DNA from: Callorhinchus milii | Lineage: Eukaryota | DNA: 64,000 nt | NCBI RefSeq assembly: GCF_018977255.1 | Contig: NW_024704743.1 | Span: forward strand, 88,352,001-88,416,000 | Direction of reading: 5' to 3' | Shown: positions 51,195 through 63,861 of the stretch, one piece after another | How the letters are laid out: every line of letters starts with the position of its first letter | How positions within the stretch are numbered: the first letter of the stretch is position 1 | Translations under genes and position numbers: made by a program | The notes under the pieces: generated by a model | Databases searched by the model: none | Told to the model about the DNA's origin: nothing | Seen by the model: the letters and a program-made list of their open reading frames with translations, nothing else

Positions 51195-52093
51195 ATAATT
51201 TTATGATTCCATGAAGGCAGTTGCATTTCACAGTTGACCCACAGTGGTTTGGTAGCTGCAACTCAGCAAGTAAGATAAAGACACATTATGAATATAAATG
51301 TTCAGAAAATATTTGTAATTTTTGTACCCATATTATTAAATTAAAATTGAAACACATGATCATAATAGGCAACTCATTCACTTCAATATTGCCCACCGTT
51401 GTATCTGTTTCACACAAATACATTCCAGCCACCAGTGACTATTCTGATGTAATGGTCATCAAGGCTAATCCCAAGTGTTGATTTCTAGATGTCCCATTAG
51501 AAGCCTGATTCAACCTTGACTGCCTTTACTACAGCGTCGTGAATACATCTAAGAGAATCATGGTAGTGGATGGGTCAGCAAATTCAAGACAGGATGGGTT
51601 AAATATTTTTAGTGAACAAAGTAATTGAAGGACGAATAGGAGAATAGAAGTTTCCTTTGAATTTTGATACTGGCCAAATAAACTACAATGATCTTTTTCA
51701 GTGATTATCTGCCCAATGGCATCATCAAGGATTAGGTGAGCAGGTCATTCTCTCCAGGGAGAGACCGTTTCATTTCACTGAGAGTGGCACTCTCAGTCTA
51801 GTCTGCATACTCTTAATTGTGGTGGTAATTTTTCAGGTGAGTCAGATGCCCAACTGACAAAACAAAATCAGAATTAATTATTGCTTTGAGGAAGTCCCAT
51901 TATGGGGAGATTCAATTGGAAGAGATTCAATGTCAGTAATACAAATTAGAACATGTGAGCATTCTGCAGCTAATTTCCTCTAATTAATATCCCTGCCTTA
52001 CTGCAGTGCCCTGTTCAAAATAGAAATATAATTATTTCATCCAAATATCTATCTACTGCCTATTTCTATGTGCACTTAATCAATAAAACAAAC

Positions 52094-52273
52094 CCTTTTA
52101 ACTTTGACGAAATCCACACATTCAAGCCAAGTGTTCAGTAGGCTTTCACCACATATAGCACATGTGTTTGAATCATCCAACATTTTTCTGATTGCTGGAT
52201 AGTACTTAATAGCTGCATATGTGTAGGATGATGTGTCCCTCAATTCCTTCATAATATATCTTGCTGCAATTTC
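52094..52273 (-). CDS. LRRC69: LRRC69 penultimate coding exon (180 nt): EIAARYIMKELRD...TCAICGESLLNTWLECVDFVKVKR
   Basis: tatgcAG acceptor, GTTTGT donor, phase 0/0. The TCAICG...WLECVxFV motif is characteristic of the LRRC69 C-terminal region. Matches ORF 52076..52279. Confidence 0.93.
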
Positions 52274-52725
52274 CTGCATATTATAGAGAAATTATACTTT
52301 TAGGAAAACTGTCATGATAAATTCAGATAATCCTTGTATTTAACATTGTGCCTTTCACATTGGGAAGACAAAGGGCTTCACAAGATTTATTATAGACTGC
52401 GCATTTTATTGGAAAACATGGCAGCTAATTTGTACGAAGTAAGGTCCCCAAAACAGCCATGAAATGAATTATCAATTAATTTCATGGCTGCTTTTGGGAC
52501 ATTGCTGTGTCTGGGATATTGTTGGCCAGGACACCAGGAGAATCAAACAGGCAGTCAGAACCATGGCTTAAATGTCTCAACAAAGGGAAGACGCCTTTGA
52601 CAATTCAGCGATCTCCTGACACTGCATTGCAGCATCTGCCTGGACAACGTTCAAAGACCTGATGTAGGTAGGGCTTGAACCCACACCCTTCTGTCTTGGA
52701 GATAAGAGAACTCTGGGAGATTATC

Positions 52726-53199
52726 ACAACAACAACTTGTACCTATATAGTGCTCTCCACGCAGGGCAGCACTCGAAGCGCTTAAAATTGACTCCAAGTC
52801 GGGGGGTGGGAGGGGGGTGGTGACCATAAGCAGAGGTGCCGGATAGTGACTTAGGGAGTGAGAAGCTCACAGAGGTAGGGAGGTGCCAGAGAGTGAAGGG
52901 ATTTGAACATGAGTGTGAGGATCTTGAAGTTGATCCATTCGATGATGGGGAGCCAGTGGAGCCCGGCCAGAATTGGTGAGATGGCGGTACGGAGTTTGCT
53001 CCAGGTCAGTATTCAGGTGGCAGAGTTCTGAATGAGCTGGATTTTTTGAATAATGGAGATGGGGAGGCAAGCGAGGAGTGTGTTTGTTAATCCAGCCGGG
53101 TGGTGACAAACACATGCACGAGGGTTTCAGCTGCATTTGGGTAAGGTATGGTCGGAGGCGGGCAACGTGGCGGAGGTGGAGGAAGGCGGTCCTGGTCAG
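52726..53199 (-). mobile_element. Decayed L2 3' part in an LRRC69 intron
   Basis: ggggagccagtggag (HWLP antisense) and a caacaacaacttg tail. Confidence 0.85.
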
Positions 53200-54839
53200 A
53201 CTTCCTTCCTCCAGGATATTAGCTAGGATACTGGGAGAAACTCCCTTCCCTTTTCAAATAGTTCCATAGGATCTGTAACATCCACCTGAACATGCAGATT
53301 GGACCTTGATTTAACCTTTCAGCTGAATTAAGAAGATGAACTCTTAAAGCAAAAAGATCGAACAAGAATTAATAATAATCCTTGCATTTAATATAGTGCT
53401 TTTAAGATCGGGAAGATGTCTCACAGGACTTGACAGGATTTTTAATGTACATACTAGTGACTGTATTTTGTATGCAATTATTTTTCCATTAACTACAAAT
53501 TGTTATTTGGATTAACTACACATTTTCTATCCTGCAGGAAAGTCAAATCAAATGAAAATATGCAAAAGTTGTTAAAAAGAATTTCAATGACTATAGACTA
53601 TTAAATAAACATTTCAGTTCTCCAAAGACCAGGTAATTTAGTACATTCTTACTGTTATAGAGACATGATTCTATGACAAGTGGTGAGCAATGAGCGTTTC
53701 CACAAGAGACTGAATGGTTAGCCAACTTGGTTAGTGGAGATAATTAAAAGATTTCACTGATGGCCATGACATCTTTGATTTCCATTACTGTTGAATATCA
53801 CATTTTAGACAGACTTATATTCTGTTCTGTCATAATTATGTAGATTGGAAAAAAACATGTCCACAGTTCCCAGACCACACATATGGTATAACTTAGCCAG
53901 ACTATTTTACAACATGGTTAGCACAAACTAAACAATTGCTCACAAACAGTGGGATTTTGATGCAAAGCCTTGTAATTTCCAAGTATCTGGATTTATAACC
54001 AACTCAGTTCCAGATATATTTCTATTTTTTTTTGTATGTTAATACTTTTACAAATAAGCATCAGGATATTCAGATAGCTTACTTAGAAGTTATGAGAATG
54101 GAACAGCATTTGTCAGCATCTGTTTGTACTTATTTTAAAATTCACTGAAAACACAGGGTCAATTTTCAGCATATTCCCCTTGGAAAACATACAGGGTGGT
54201 ACAGTGCATTGGTGTTCCCATAAGGATTCTTTCCACAATTTCCCCACACAGTATTGGCTGTGCTGTTATAGGGCAGTGCCAGGTTCCAAACCAATATCAG
54301 GCACTTCCCCACAGTCACAGGGGAATCATTCAAGGGCTAAACGGGGAAAAAAAGCTTTTTTTTCAAAACAATAATTCCATTTCCATTAGGTTATTTATGT
54401 TTTTCTCACTGAGGAACTCTTGTAGAGGATTTTGTGTACAACATTTTTGGTCAGCAACTTGTTCAATATTCTAAGACATTTCAACCAAAGTGAGAAATAT
54501 TTTTTTCTGTATTTTGGGACAGAATTGTACTTATTTGACACTCCTGTATTTTTGTTTCAAAAACTTTGTTCCAATGCTGTGAGCTGTTCCTAACAACCTA
54601 TAACATCCATGTTCAAAATGTAATGGACGTTTCCAAATTGGAAACCACAGGGCACATATAAAGTGTTCTCCTTAACCCACAGGACTAAGATAAATCCTGG
54701 AAAAGTCACAGGAGGACAATAAGATAGATGCCATCTACTTAGATTCCATTAAGCATCCTCTGTGTACGTGGAATACAGTAAGTCACAATGACTAGACAAG
54801 CATATCAAGAATACAGTACAAATATAAAGTTTAAAGCTC

Positions 54840-55130
54840 TAGGTTTCATTCCCAGACTATAATGATTTACATGATTTCAGCAGAGACAAAAGTTGGAATA
54901 ATTTAATCGGTCCTAACGTCCCTGGGGAGGAGAAAAGTCAAGCTAGAGTTCCTGCTTCTGATAGTTTTGCAGTGATCACCCGCTGGAAAGTGTATGTGTA
55001 TGGATGTTGGGTGATGATAGGATTATACTCTAATGTGAAGCCCTCCATGATTGATTAGTGTATCAGCATATACTCCTGTGTAGTTCACAAATGAAAACTG
55101 TGAACAACATGAAATGGGACTGAAGAACAT
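54840..55130 (+). repeat. Old SINE-like interspersed repeat; related pieces at about 4690-5190 (-) and 49255-49385 (+)
   Basis: Shared cagtgaccc..gctggaaagtg..tgtg and gatc(t)cagc blocks. Confidence 0.55.
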
Positions 55131-57055
55131 CTGGTATTTGATTGTCATTCTATTCGTAAGTTGTATGTATCAGGCTACATATATACAGTATATGTATGTG
55201 TATAACATCTGATATATAAAGATATATAAATGACGTTTACTTGAATACGTAGTTGTGATATGTACATTTCATTGCATTTGTGATTGCCTCACAAATAAAG
55301 TCAGTGAGCACCTTTATGTTTTAGAATAAAAGTAGGAAAATGTTTCAAGGACATAGATATGTCTGGCTGCGAAAATGTTGCAAAATTACTTCAGCTTTCT
55401 CTCATGCTTTACAAAGTTATTATGCCTTTTGAGGTATTACTACCTTGCAACGCAACATCTAACTTACCACAGCAATGCCAAAGCTTGGTTTATATTTTTC
55501 TGGATAGTTTAAATATTTACTATTTTGAGGTTTAGTTGAATACTGCAAATTGAGAAAATTACACAGATAAACATTCACACTCTTAATGTTACCAAATATT
55601 TCACAGAAAACCAATTTATGCAAAAGTGCTTTTAGATCTAATCTAACAAGAAGTTACAAAGTCAATTTGCGGTTAATTTAATTTTGTACTAAGTTTGAAT
55701 ATAAAAAAAGGATCACATTAAATTGACATGATTTTCCCTGATTTACAGTATTCATTCCCTTTCTGCCTATTCTTATACTTAATGGTTTTAGTTTTCCAAA
55801 GATTATTTGTTTATATATATATGCCTTGCCCTTTGTGGTCATTTATTTATAACGTGGCTACTCCAATGGGCACTGCAGCTGCAAAGGAAATTTTCCAGAG
55901 ACTCTCCAGCTGTTATAAATGAGTACTGAAGCCTGTAAACATGGTCACAATTATATGTTGTCCAGCATCTGGACTGCATCAGCATTTGGAGGAAAACAAT
56001 GTCAAATGGTGACTGAACACAGCTTGCATTAACCCGTATGCACCTCCATTAAAGTACAGACTCCAGTGTGGACTCTATGTATAATCACAGTTAGTGCAAT
56101 AATAAATACAAAGCACTCTGTAAGAATAAGGATGACATATTTACAGAAAATTAATCAGCATTATTTGTAATAACTTACTGTGAGATGTGGACAAAGAACA
56201 AAAAACAATATCAAGAATCTGAATGATTCCTCCATAAGTGCACTAGTATTGTACTAGGAATGTAATACAGTACAATTTACATTTATATAGAGCCTTTCAC
56301 ATTAGGAGTAATGCTTCATGGTGCTGGATGAGCATCCTAGCCGGGGGTGGGAACCAAGTGAGGTGCAGAGGGGAAAGATGACCAAACTGCGGTTGATTCG
56401 GTATGTTTTGAGATGTGTCTTAAAAGAATGGAGGGAGTGAGTGAGCTAGGGGAAACCGAGGATGGGGTTCCACAGGGTGGGAGTAGAATGGCTGAAAGAC
56501 GGCCCATTTGTTATCACATCAATATATCTCAAAGCACTTCACAACGTTTCCTGTAAAGTATGTCTAGACAAAGTAATGTCCCAAAAATAGCAATGAAGTG
56601 AATGACTATTTTTTTTTATCCAGGGGACTATTGGCCAGCAAATTGGGAGAAATACCCTCCTCTAACAGAGAAAGAGAGAGAGAGATGTGGGTAGGGAGAC
56701 AGAGTAAGAGAGGGAGTCAGAAAAAGATAAGGGGGAAGACACAGGGAGAGGAAATGAAACAGAAAGAGGGAAGGAGACAGTGAGAGGGAGGGAAGGAAAC
56801 ACTCTCCCTCCCTCTGTCCCACTAACCCTCTCTCCGTCCTGTGTGTATTTCTTTCTGGTTCCTTTCCTCTCTCTCAATCTCTCACTGTTCAACTCTTTCC
56901 ACCTTTCTTCCTCTCTATCTGTTTGATTTCCTCTTTAGGTCTCTGCCTCCCTCTCTCAGTCTACAGTCTGCTTCACCAGTTAATTTGATAATATCACTTC
57001 CTGGTTTGATCTAAAAGTGATTCGAAAAAAAATTAAATTGACTTTTTAGGAGAGT

Positions 57056-57505
57056 TAGAATCATAGAATTATACAGCACAGAAGGAGGTCATTCGGCCCA
57101 TCATGTCTGTGCTTGCTCTTTGAAAAGAGTTTCTAAATCAATCCTATTCCCCCGGTCTCTCCCCATAGCCCTGCAAACTTGGACTCCCAGAATAATTATC
57201 TACTTCTCTCTTAAAAGTTGTTATTGAATCGGCTTCCACCACCCACACTTTCAGGTAATGTATTCCAGATTCGAACAATTCACTGTGTGAAAATATTTTC
57301 TCCTCACCTCCCCTCTGTTTCTTTTAACAACTGTTTTAAATCGATGCCCTCGGGTTACCGACGCACCAGCCAGTGGAAATAGTTTCCCCTTGTTCACCCT
57401 ATCGAATCCCATCATAATTTTGAAAATTTCTATTAAGTCTCCTCTTAACCTTCTCTGCTCCAAGGAGAATAATCCTCGCTTCTCTAGCCTCTCCTGATAA
57501 CTGAA
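57056..57505 (-). mobile_element. CR1 LINE 3' end (first half of a copy split by the L2)
   Basis: FSYQERL..LFSLEQRRLRGDLIE..TRGH, plus a CR1 3' UTR with (attctatg)-type tail. Confidence 0.93.
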
Positions 57506-60500
57506 AAAAAAATCTCTGCGCCACCCCCCCCCCAGGGCTCACATCAGAACCCACTATGGTCCTGTTGGGTTGGCTGCCCCAATCTACGGGATAATGCCAT
57601 CCACCTGACCGCTCGCTCCCGGTCCCCGCGTGCGCACTATGGCTGCCGCTTTGACCCGAGCGCCCTCACCCCCTCCCTCCTGCCCCCCTCCTCTCTCCCC
57701 CCAAACCCTCCCCTCTCTGCATCTCTCCCGCTCTCTCCTCCTCTCTCCGTCCCTCTCGTCTTCTATCCCCACTTGACCCTCCCACAACCTCCCTCTGCTC
57801 CAGCCTGGGAATCCTCCGCCGGGCTCACCGCGGCACTCGGCGTTGGCTGTCCAGCAGCAGCCACACCGACTGCCCCATTCCCCACCACACTCGCCACCCA
57901 CCCCGGACACAGACCCGGGGAGTCAACCTCTCCTCCCTTATCCCCATCCCTATCCCCCCCACCCCTGCCTCACAACCTGGACCCCCCTCCCCTCCCACAC
58001 ACCCTTCTGTCAACCGCTCCCTCCACATCGGACTGCAAAATGTCCGCTCCCTCTGCAACAAGGCCCTGGTCATCAACGATCTCATCCTTGATGAGAACGT
58101 TGATATCATGGCCTTAACAGAAACCTGGCTCACCCCAGGCGACACCTTCCCCCTCACGGAGGCCACACCACCCGGCTACACCTCCCACCACATCCCCCGC
58201 CCCAACCGCCGTGGCGGTGGTGTTGCCCTTATCTCAAGGACACCACTTGCCCTATCCCCTACTCCACTGGCTCTTTCCCCTCCTTTGAGCACCTCACCCT
58301 CTCCCACCCCTCATTCCTCTCCCTTAAAATCCTCCTCCTCTACCGGCCCCCTAAAACCTCTCCCACCTTCATCTCTGACATTTCAACACTCCTCACATCT
58401 CTTTGCCTCTGCTCTGATCGCCTCATCATCCTGGGCGACTTTAACCTACACTTCACCCCCTCCTGCTCCATCTCCACAGACTTCTCTTCCCTGCTCTCCT
58501 CACTCAACCTCTCCTTACACATAAACTCCCCCACTCACAGTCACGGCCACCCACTCGATTTGGTGATCACCCGGGGCCTCAGTGTCTCGGATGTCACTAT
58601 TACCGACAAGGCCATCTCTGACCACTACTTCATCTCCTTCACCACCTCCACCCCCCTCCCCACCTCCACCAGACCCACCACCATCTTCTACCGCCCTTGG
58701 AAGAAGTTACCCCCACAATCCCTAACCGATGCCTTGGAGTCCTCTGAACTCCTCTCCCTCTGGCCTTCAACCCTCACCGACCCCTCTTCTCCTCTCTCCC
58801 TCCTCCACAATACCCTCTCCTCCACACTCGATACTCTTGCCCCCATCACTTCCCGCACTGTCTCCTACTCCCGCTCCTCCCCCTGGTACACCACCCACCT
58901 CCGCTCACTGAAAAGCCAGGTGCGGGCTGCTGAACGCACCTGTGTCAAATCTGGCCTAACGGTCCACCGACAAATCTGGCTGGACCTCCTCAAAATTTAC
59001 CGCTCCACTCTAGCCTCGGCCAAGTCGTCCTTCTACTCCAGGATAATCCTGGAGGCGAAGAACAACCCCAGGCTACTGTTTTCCACCACAACCCGACTCC
59101 TCCGTCCCCCCCGCCACCCCGCGCAGGTCATCTCCTCCAACCTTCACTGCGAGGAGATGCTGGATTTCCTTGAATCCAAGATCAAGGGAATCCGCTCCGC
59201 GGTCACTTCCCCTCCAACTTCCACCAACCCCCCACCCCCTCCCTCCCACACTCCGACTCCTACCCATCCTCCCCTACACACCTTCGTACCCGTTTCCCCA
59301 CCCTCTGTCACTAAACTCATCCTATCCCTAAAACCAACCACCTGCTCCCTTGACCCCATCCCCACTCCTTATCTCCCAGCTCCACTTTCTTGCCCCACAT
59401 ATCACTGACATCATCAACCTGTCCCTCTCCTCTGGCTCTGTCCCCATTCCATTAAAAACTGCCATCATCACGCCCACCCTGAAAAAACCCTCCCTTGATG
59501 CGTCGCAGCTATCAAGCTACCGGCCCATCTCCAACCTCCCCTTTCTCTCCAAGGTCTTGGAAAGAGTTGTCGCCTCCCAACTGCGCTCTTTCCTTTCCAC
59601 CCATTCTCTTTTCGAACCCCTTCAGTCAGGTTTCCGTGCTGCCCATAGCACAGAAACTGCCCTGGTCAAGGTCACCAATGATATCCTGACCATCTGTGAC
59701 CAGGGCTCCCTCTGTCTCCTCGTCCTCCTCGACCTATCGGCAGCATTCGATACGGTCGACCACGCTATCCTACTCCACCGCTTGTCCTCCCACCTCAACC
59801 TTCAAGGCACTGTCCTTGAATGGTTTAGGTCGTACCTTTCTCACCGTCTTCACTTTGTCTCGACGAATGGCTTCTCCTCCACCCCCCGTACTGTCTCATG
59901 TGGTGTCCCTCAGGGCTCTGTCCTCGGTCCCCTCCTCTTCACCCTCTATATGCTCCCCCTTGGTGACATCATCCGCAGACATGGAGTTAACTTCCACATG
60001 TATGCGGATGACACCCAACTCTACCTTTCCTCCTCTACTCTCAACTCCACGACCACCGATGTCCTGACAGCCTGCCTGTCCGACATCGAGTCCTGGACGA
60101 GAGACAACTTTCTTCAGCTCAACGTGCGAAAAACCGAGGCCCTCCTGATTGGCTCACGTCAGCGCCTCCGCACCTCAGGCGCTGACACCATCAGCATCCA
60201 AGGCTGCACTCTCCACCTCTCAAAGCCAGTCAGGAACCTCGGCGTTTTGTTCGACCCTGAGCTGTCCTTTCTCCCTCACATCCGCACCACAACTGGCACC
60301 GCCTTCCATCACCTCCGGAACATCGCCAGACTACGGCACTACCTCACCCCTCACGCTGCTGAAACCCTGGTTCACGCCTTTGTCACCTCAAGGCTGGACT
60401 ATGGGAACTCTCTCCTCGCCGGCCTTCCCGCCACCTCCCTCCACAAGCTGCAGGTCATTCAGAACTCTGCAGCTCGTGTACTGTCCCGCACCAGGCTTCG

Positions 60501-61045
60501 GGACCACATCACTCCCACCCTCGCTCGCCTCCACTGGCTCCCCATCCCCCAGAGGATTGATTTCAAGATCCTCATCCTCACCTACAAGGCCATTCACGGC
60601 CTTGCTCCCTCCTACCTCTCCAACCTACTATCCCCCTACCTACCTGCCCGTACCCTCCGTTCCTCTGGCTCCGGTCTGCTCCACGTCCCCCGCCCCAACC
60701 GCCCTACCATCGGTGGTCGGGCCTTCAGCCTCTCAGCCCCGAGGCTCTGGAACTCCATCCCCCAGTGCCTTCGCCGCTTCCTCCCTTTCCTCCTTCAAGG
60801 CCGGTCTCAAAACCTTTCTCTTTGACCGAGCCTTCAGCTCCCCTCTCGACTCTCTTCCCCCTCCTCGCTCCCTCCCTTCCCTCCCCTCACCCTGACCATT
60901 TCCCCCCTCCTCGCTCCCTCCCTTCCCTCCCCTCACCCTGACCATTTCCCCCCTGCTCGGGTCATGACCCAACTGTGCAGCGCCTTGGGACGTCCTCCTG
61001 ACGTGAAAGGCGCTTTATAAATGGAATCTTGTTGTTGTTGTTGTT
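57506..61045 (+). mobile_element. Young L2-clade LINE with near-complete ORF2 (APE endonuclease + RT), 3' UTR and (TTG)n tail
   Basis: APE motifs LQNVRSL, ALTETWL, GGGVA, YRPP, GDFN, LDL, SDH. RT motifs [35 protein letters not shown]. Frameshifts near 58260, 59370 and 60775. Confidence 0.97.
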
Positions 61046-61750
61046 TTCCCTCATTCCTGGTACCATCCTGGTAAATCTCCTTTGCACCCTCTCCAATGCC
61101 TTGACATCCTTCCTAAAATGTGGTGCCCAGAACTGAACACAGTATTCTAACTGATGTCTAACCAGTGTTTTATAAAGGTTCATCATAACTTCCTGACTTT
61201 TGTATTCTATGCCCCTATTTATAAAGCCAAGTATCCTGTATGCTTTTTTAATAGCTTTATCTACCTGTCCTGCCACCTTCAAATATTTATTTATATGAGC
61301 CCTCAGGTCTCTCTGTTCCTTCACCCCCTTTAAGATTCTGTCATCAGCTTATATTGCCTCTCCTCAATCGTCCTCCCACAAAGCATTACTTTGCATTTCT
61401 CCGCATTAAACTTCATCTGCCACGTTTCTGCCCATTTTACCAGTCTGTCTATGTCCCCTTGCAGTCTGATACTATCCTCTTCACGTTTACTACTTTTCTT
61501 AGCTTAGTATCATCTGCAAACTTGGAAATTGTACTCCCTATACCCAAGTCCAGGTCACTTACATAGATCAAAAAGAGCAGTGGTCCCAATAGTGACTCCT
61601 GAGGGACACCACTGCACACTTCCCTCCAGTCAGAAAAACAACCTTTCACCACCACTCTCTGCTTTCCGTCTTCCAGCCAGTTCTGTATCCATGCTGCCAC
61701 TGTCCCTTTAATACCGTGCACTTCTATTTTGCTTACAAGCAGTTCTTTTG
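61046..61750 (-). mobile_element. CR1 LINE RT segment (continuation of the split copy)
   Basis: SGVPQESLLGPLLFLIY..KFADDTK and LEYCVQFWAPH..LERVQRRFTRMVPGMR. Confidence 0.93.
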
Positions 61751-61919
61751 TAAAATAAAATATCAACCCATATTCTAAGCAAATGTGTTTAAAACCTGTG
61801 TTGATAAGAGACATCATAACAGTCAATTCACTTTACAGTATATTATGTGAAGCGCTTTGAGATGTCTTGAAGACTTGATAAGGCACTATATAAAAATGCA
61901 AGGATTATTATAATACATT

Positions 61920-62470
61920 GGAAAAAAGGGATATAAATAAGGAAGGGGTAAAGTCAGAATCCATTTGGATAGAGATAAAATCTAATAAAGAAACAATCAT
62001 TGTATTAAGTGTGTACTACAGACCACCCAAGAGTGGAAAAGAAACAGAAGAAATATGCAGACAAATAAGAGAGATAAGCAAGAATAATAAAAAATAAAAC
62101 TATGCAGGCTTCCTGATGGCCACCACTGTCCTAGATGATAAGAACCTACGAGGTGTAGGGATCTAAGGATTCAGATTCACAACACAAAAAATAGCAGCAC
62201 AGGTGGACAAAGCAAGGAATGCAAAGGAATAGAGTTACAAAAATACTTTATATCTAAAGGAATAGTTATAAAAATAGGGATGTAATGTTAAATTGATATA
62301 AAACGTTGGTCAGATCACATTCTGTAGTTCTGGACACCATACTACAGGAATGATATCATAACAATAAAGTGCAGTGTGCATATACTAACATGGTACGCTG
62401 GGTGAGTGGATACAGCTATCAAAATAATTGGACAGGTTAGAGCATTTCTCTCTGGAGGTGAGGGAAGAGT
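61920..62470 (+). mobile_element. Old CR1 fragments (APE and RT-distal pieces)
   Basis: ESIWIEIK..VYYRPPKS followed by YKTLVRSH..FWTP-like remnants. Confidence 0.7.
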
Positions 62471-62567
62471 CTTACAATATAGTTTTAACTTGATCAACAA
62501 AAAAGGGACTCCACTTCCGTGCTGTGAATGCTGCTTTGTAGAATTATCTAGAGTAATCTAATGTTAC

Positions 62568-62669
62568 CTTAAGCCTTAAAACTTCTTCCTGTTGTACAGT
62601 TACAACAAAATGTTTTGTCAGCAATGGATTCTGTTCAAAGTAGAGTTCTGCCAGTGGAAGATCCATCAA
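62568..62669 (-). CDS. LRRC69: LRRC69 internal coding exon (102 nt): LMDLPLAELYFEQNPLLTKHFVVTVQQEEVLRLK
   Basis: AAG acceptor, GTAACA donor, phase 0/0, open frame. Resembles human FQDLKLREFYCEGNPL...QQENVWSLQ (recalled). Confidence 0.9.
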
Positions 62670-63365
62670 CTTTACATTTAAAAACACAAAAGGTTAATGT
62701 CAGTATGTGAGTGGTAGTGGCTTTGTCCTATACATTGTGCATATAATCGTTAAAAAATATAATGTGGTGCATTGGAGAAAATTCTACCAATTTGGATGAC
62801 CAACACCATCAGACAATTTATTCCCCATCTAGTCCTTCACACGATAAACGGCCATTTGAGCAAATTACTACAACAATACAATTTACATAGCATCTTTCAT
62901 GTCGGGAGGATGTCTCAAAGTAATAACGTCACTGACCTGGCATCCAAGCTGGGTATGGAAGCCAAAGGGGATAGGGAAGGACTGTATGGTCACCCTAACC
63001 AAAAAAACTTGCATTTATATTGTGTCCTTTATGGAGGATGACATTGCAGAGCACTTCACAAAGATGTACTTAGATGCCAAGAAAGATTGGAGGGAAGGGG
63101 GTATTTGAATAGGATACATGACAATAGGTTGGGTCAAAGAGGTAGATTTTTTTAGGCAGGATTTAAAGTCAGTGAGGGGCTGAGCAGAGGGATAAAGGGA
63201 GGGAGTACCAGGAAGTGACTCACACTCATTCATTTATTAGACATTGGGAGAACATTGGAGGAGGAAACGTATTACGTATCACAGAGACCAATGAATAATT
63301 TAATCAATTATTCTATTTTAATTGCAATGTATACTCAAATTGTACATTCAAAGCAATGCACTTAC

Positions 63366-63437
63366 CCTTGATGGGAAAATGTGCAAATGATTTCCAGCCA
63401 CATCAAGCAATTTCAGTTTCCTTAAAAAGCAAAGTTT
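63366..63437 (-). CDS. LRRC69: LRRC69 internal coding exon (72 nt, LRR): KLCFLRKLKLLDVAGNHLHIFPSR
   Basis: ttttctgttttgtcAG acceptor, GTAAGT donor, phase 0/0. Has the LxxLxLxxNxL LRR pattern and resembles human LRRC69 ELCDLKKLRILDIAGNIIQIFPSG (recalled). Earlier exons lie beyond the window end. Confidence 0.9.
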
Positions 63438-63502
63438 CTGACAAAACAGAAAAATGGTAAGATTTATTTTGATTATTTTCATTAAAAGCCATCACCTTCG
63501 CT

Positions 63503-63861
63503 ATAATAATCTTTGCATTTGACATAGTGCCTTATCACATTTTCAAAGTTGTCTCAAAGTGCTTCACAAAATATATTGTAAAGTTAATTGACTGTATATT
63601 TTGTGGGCGAAACACAGCAGCCAATTGCGCACAGCAGTGTCCCACAAACCGTCGCGGATCGAGCAACTTTTCTTTATAGGAATTATTACCCACGGATAAG
63701 TGATCCACCAATAAACTTACAACTGGGTTCCTACTTACTGCTAAGTAAACAGAGGCGAGTGGAGTAAGGAGACTTGCCCAACGTTTTGCCCTGCTGGGAA
63801 TCGAACCCAGGTCTCTCGCTTGCAAGGCAAGTGCTCTAACCACTGAGCTACAGGACTCCAC
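63503..63861 (-). mobile_element. Same tRNA/CORE SINE, full length, with consensus Pol III boxes
   Basis: TAGCTCAGTGG / GGTTCGATTCC. Its tail ends about 65 nt before an LRRC69 acceptor. Confidence 0.92.

Noticed and set aside
59350..60825. 491-aa RT ORF as a host gene, retron or group II intron
   Set aside because: Clearly L2-clade LINE ORF2, with upstream APE, 3' UTR and many truncated copies.
63788..63858. tRNA-Ala(TGC) gene (also at about 6285, 24370, 41723 and 49685)
   Set aside because: Each cloverleaf continues into a SINE body and tail rather than a poly-T terminator, so these are SINE heads.
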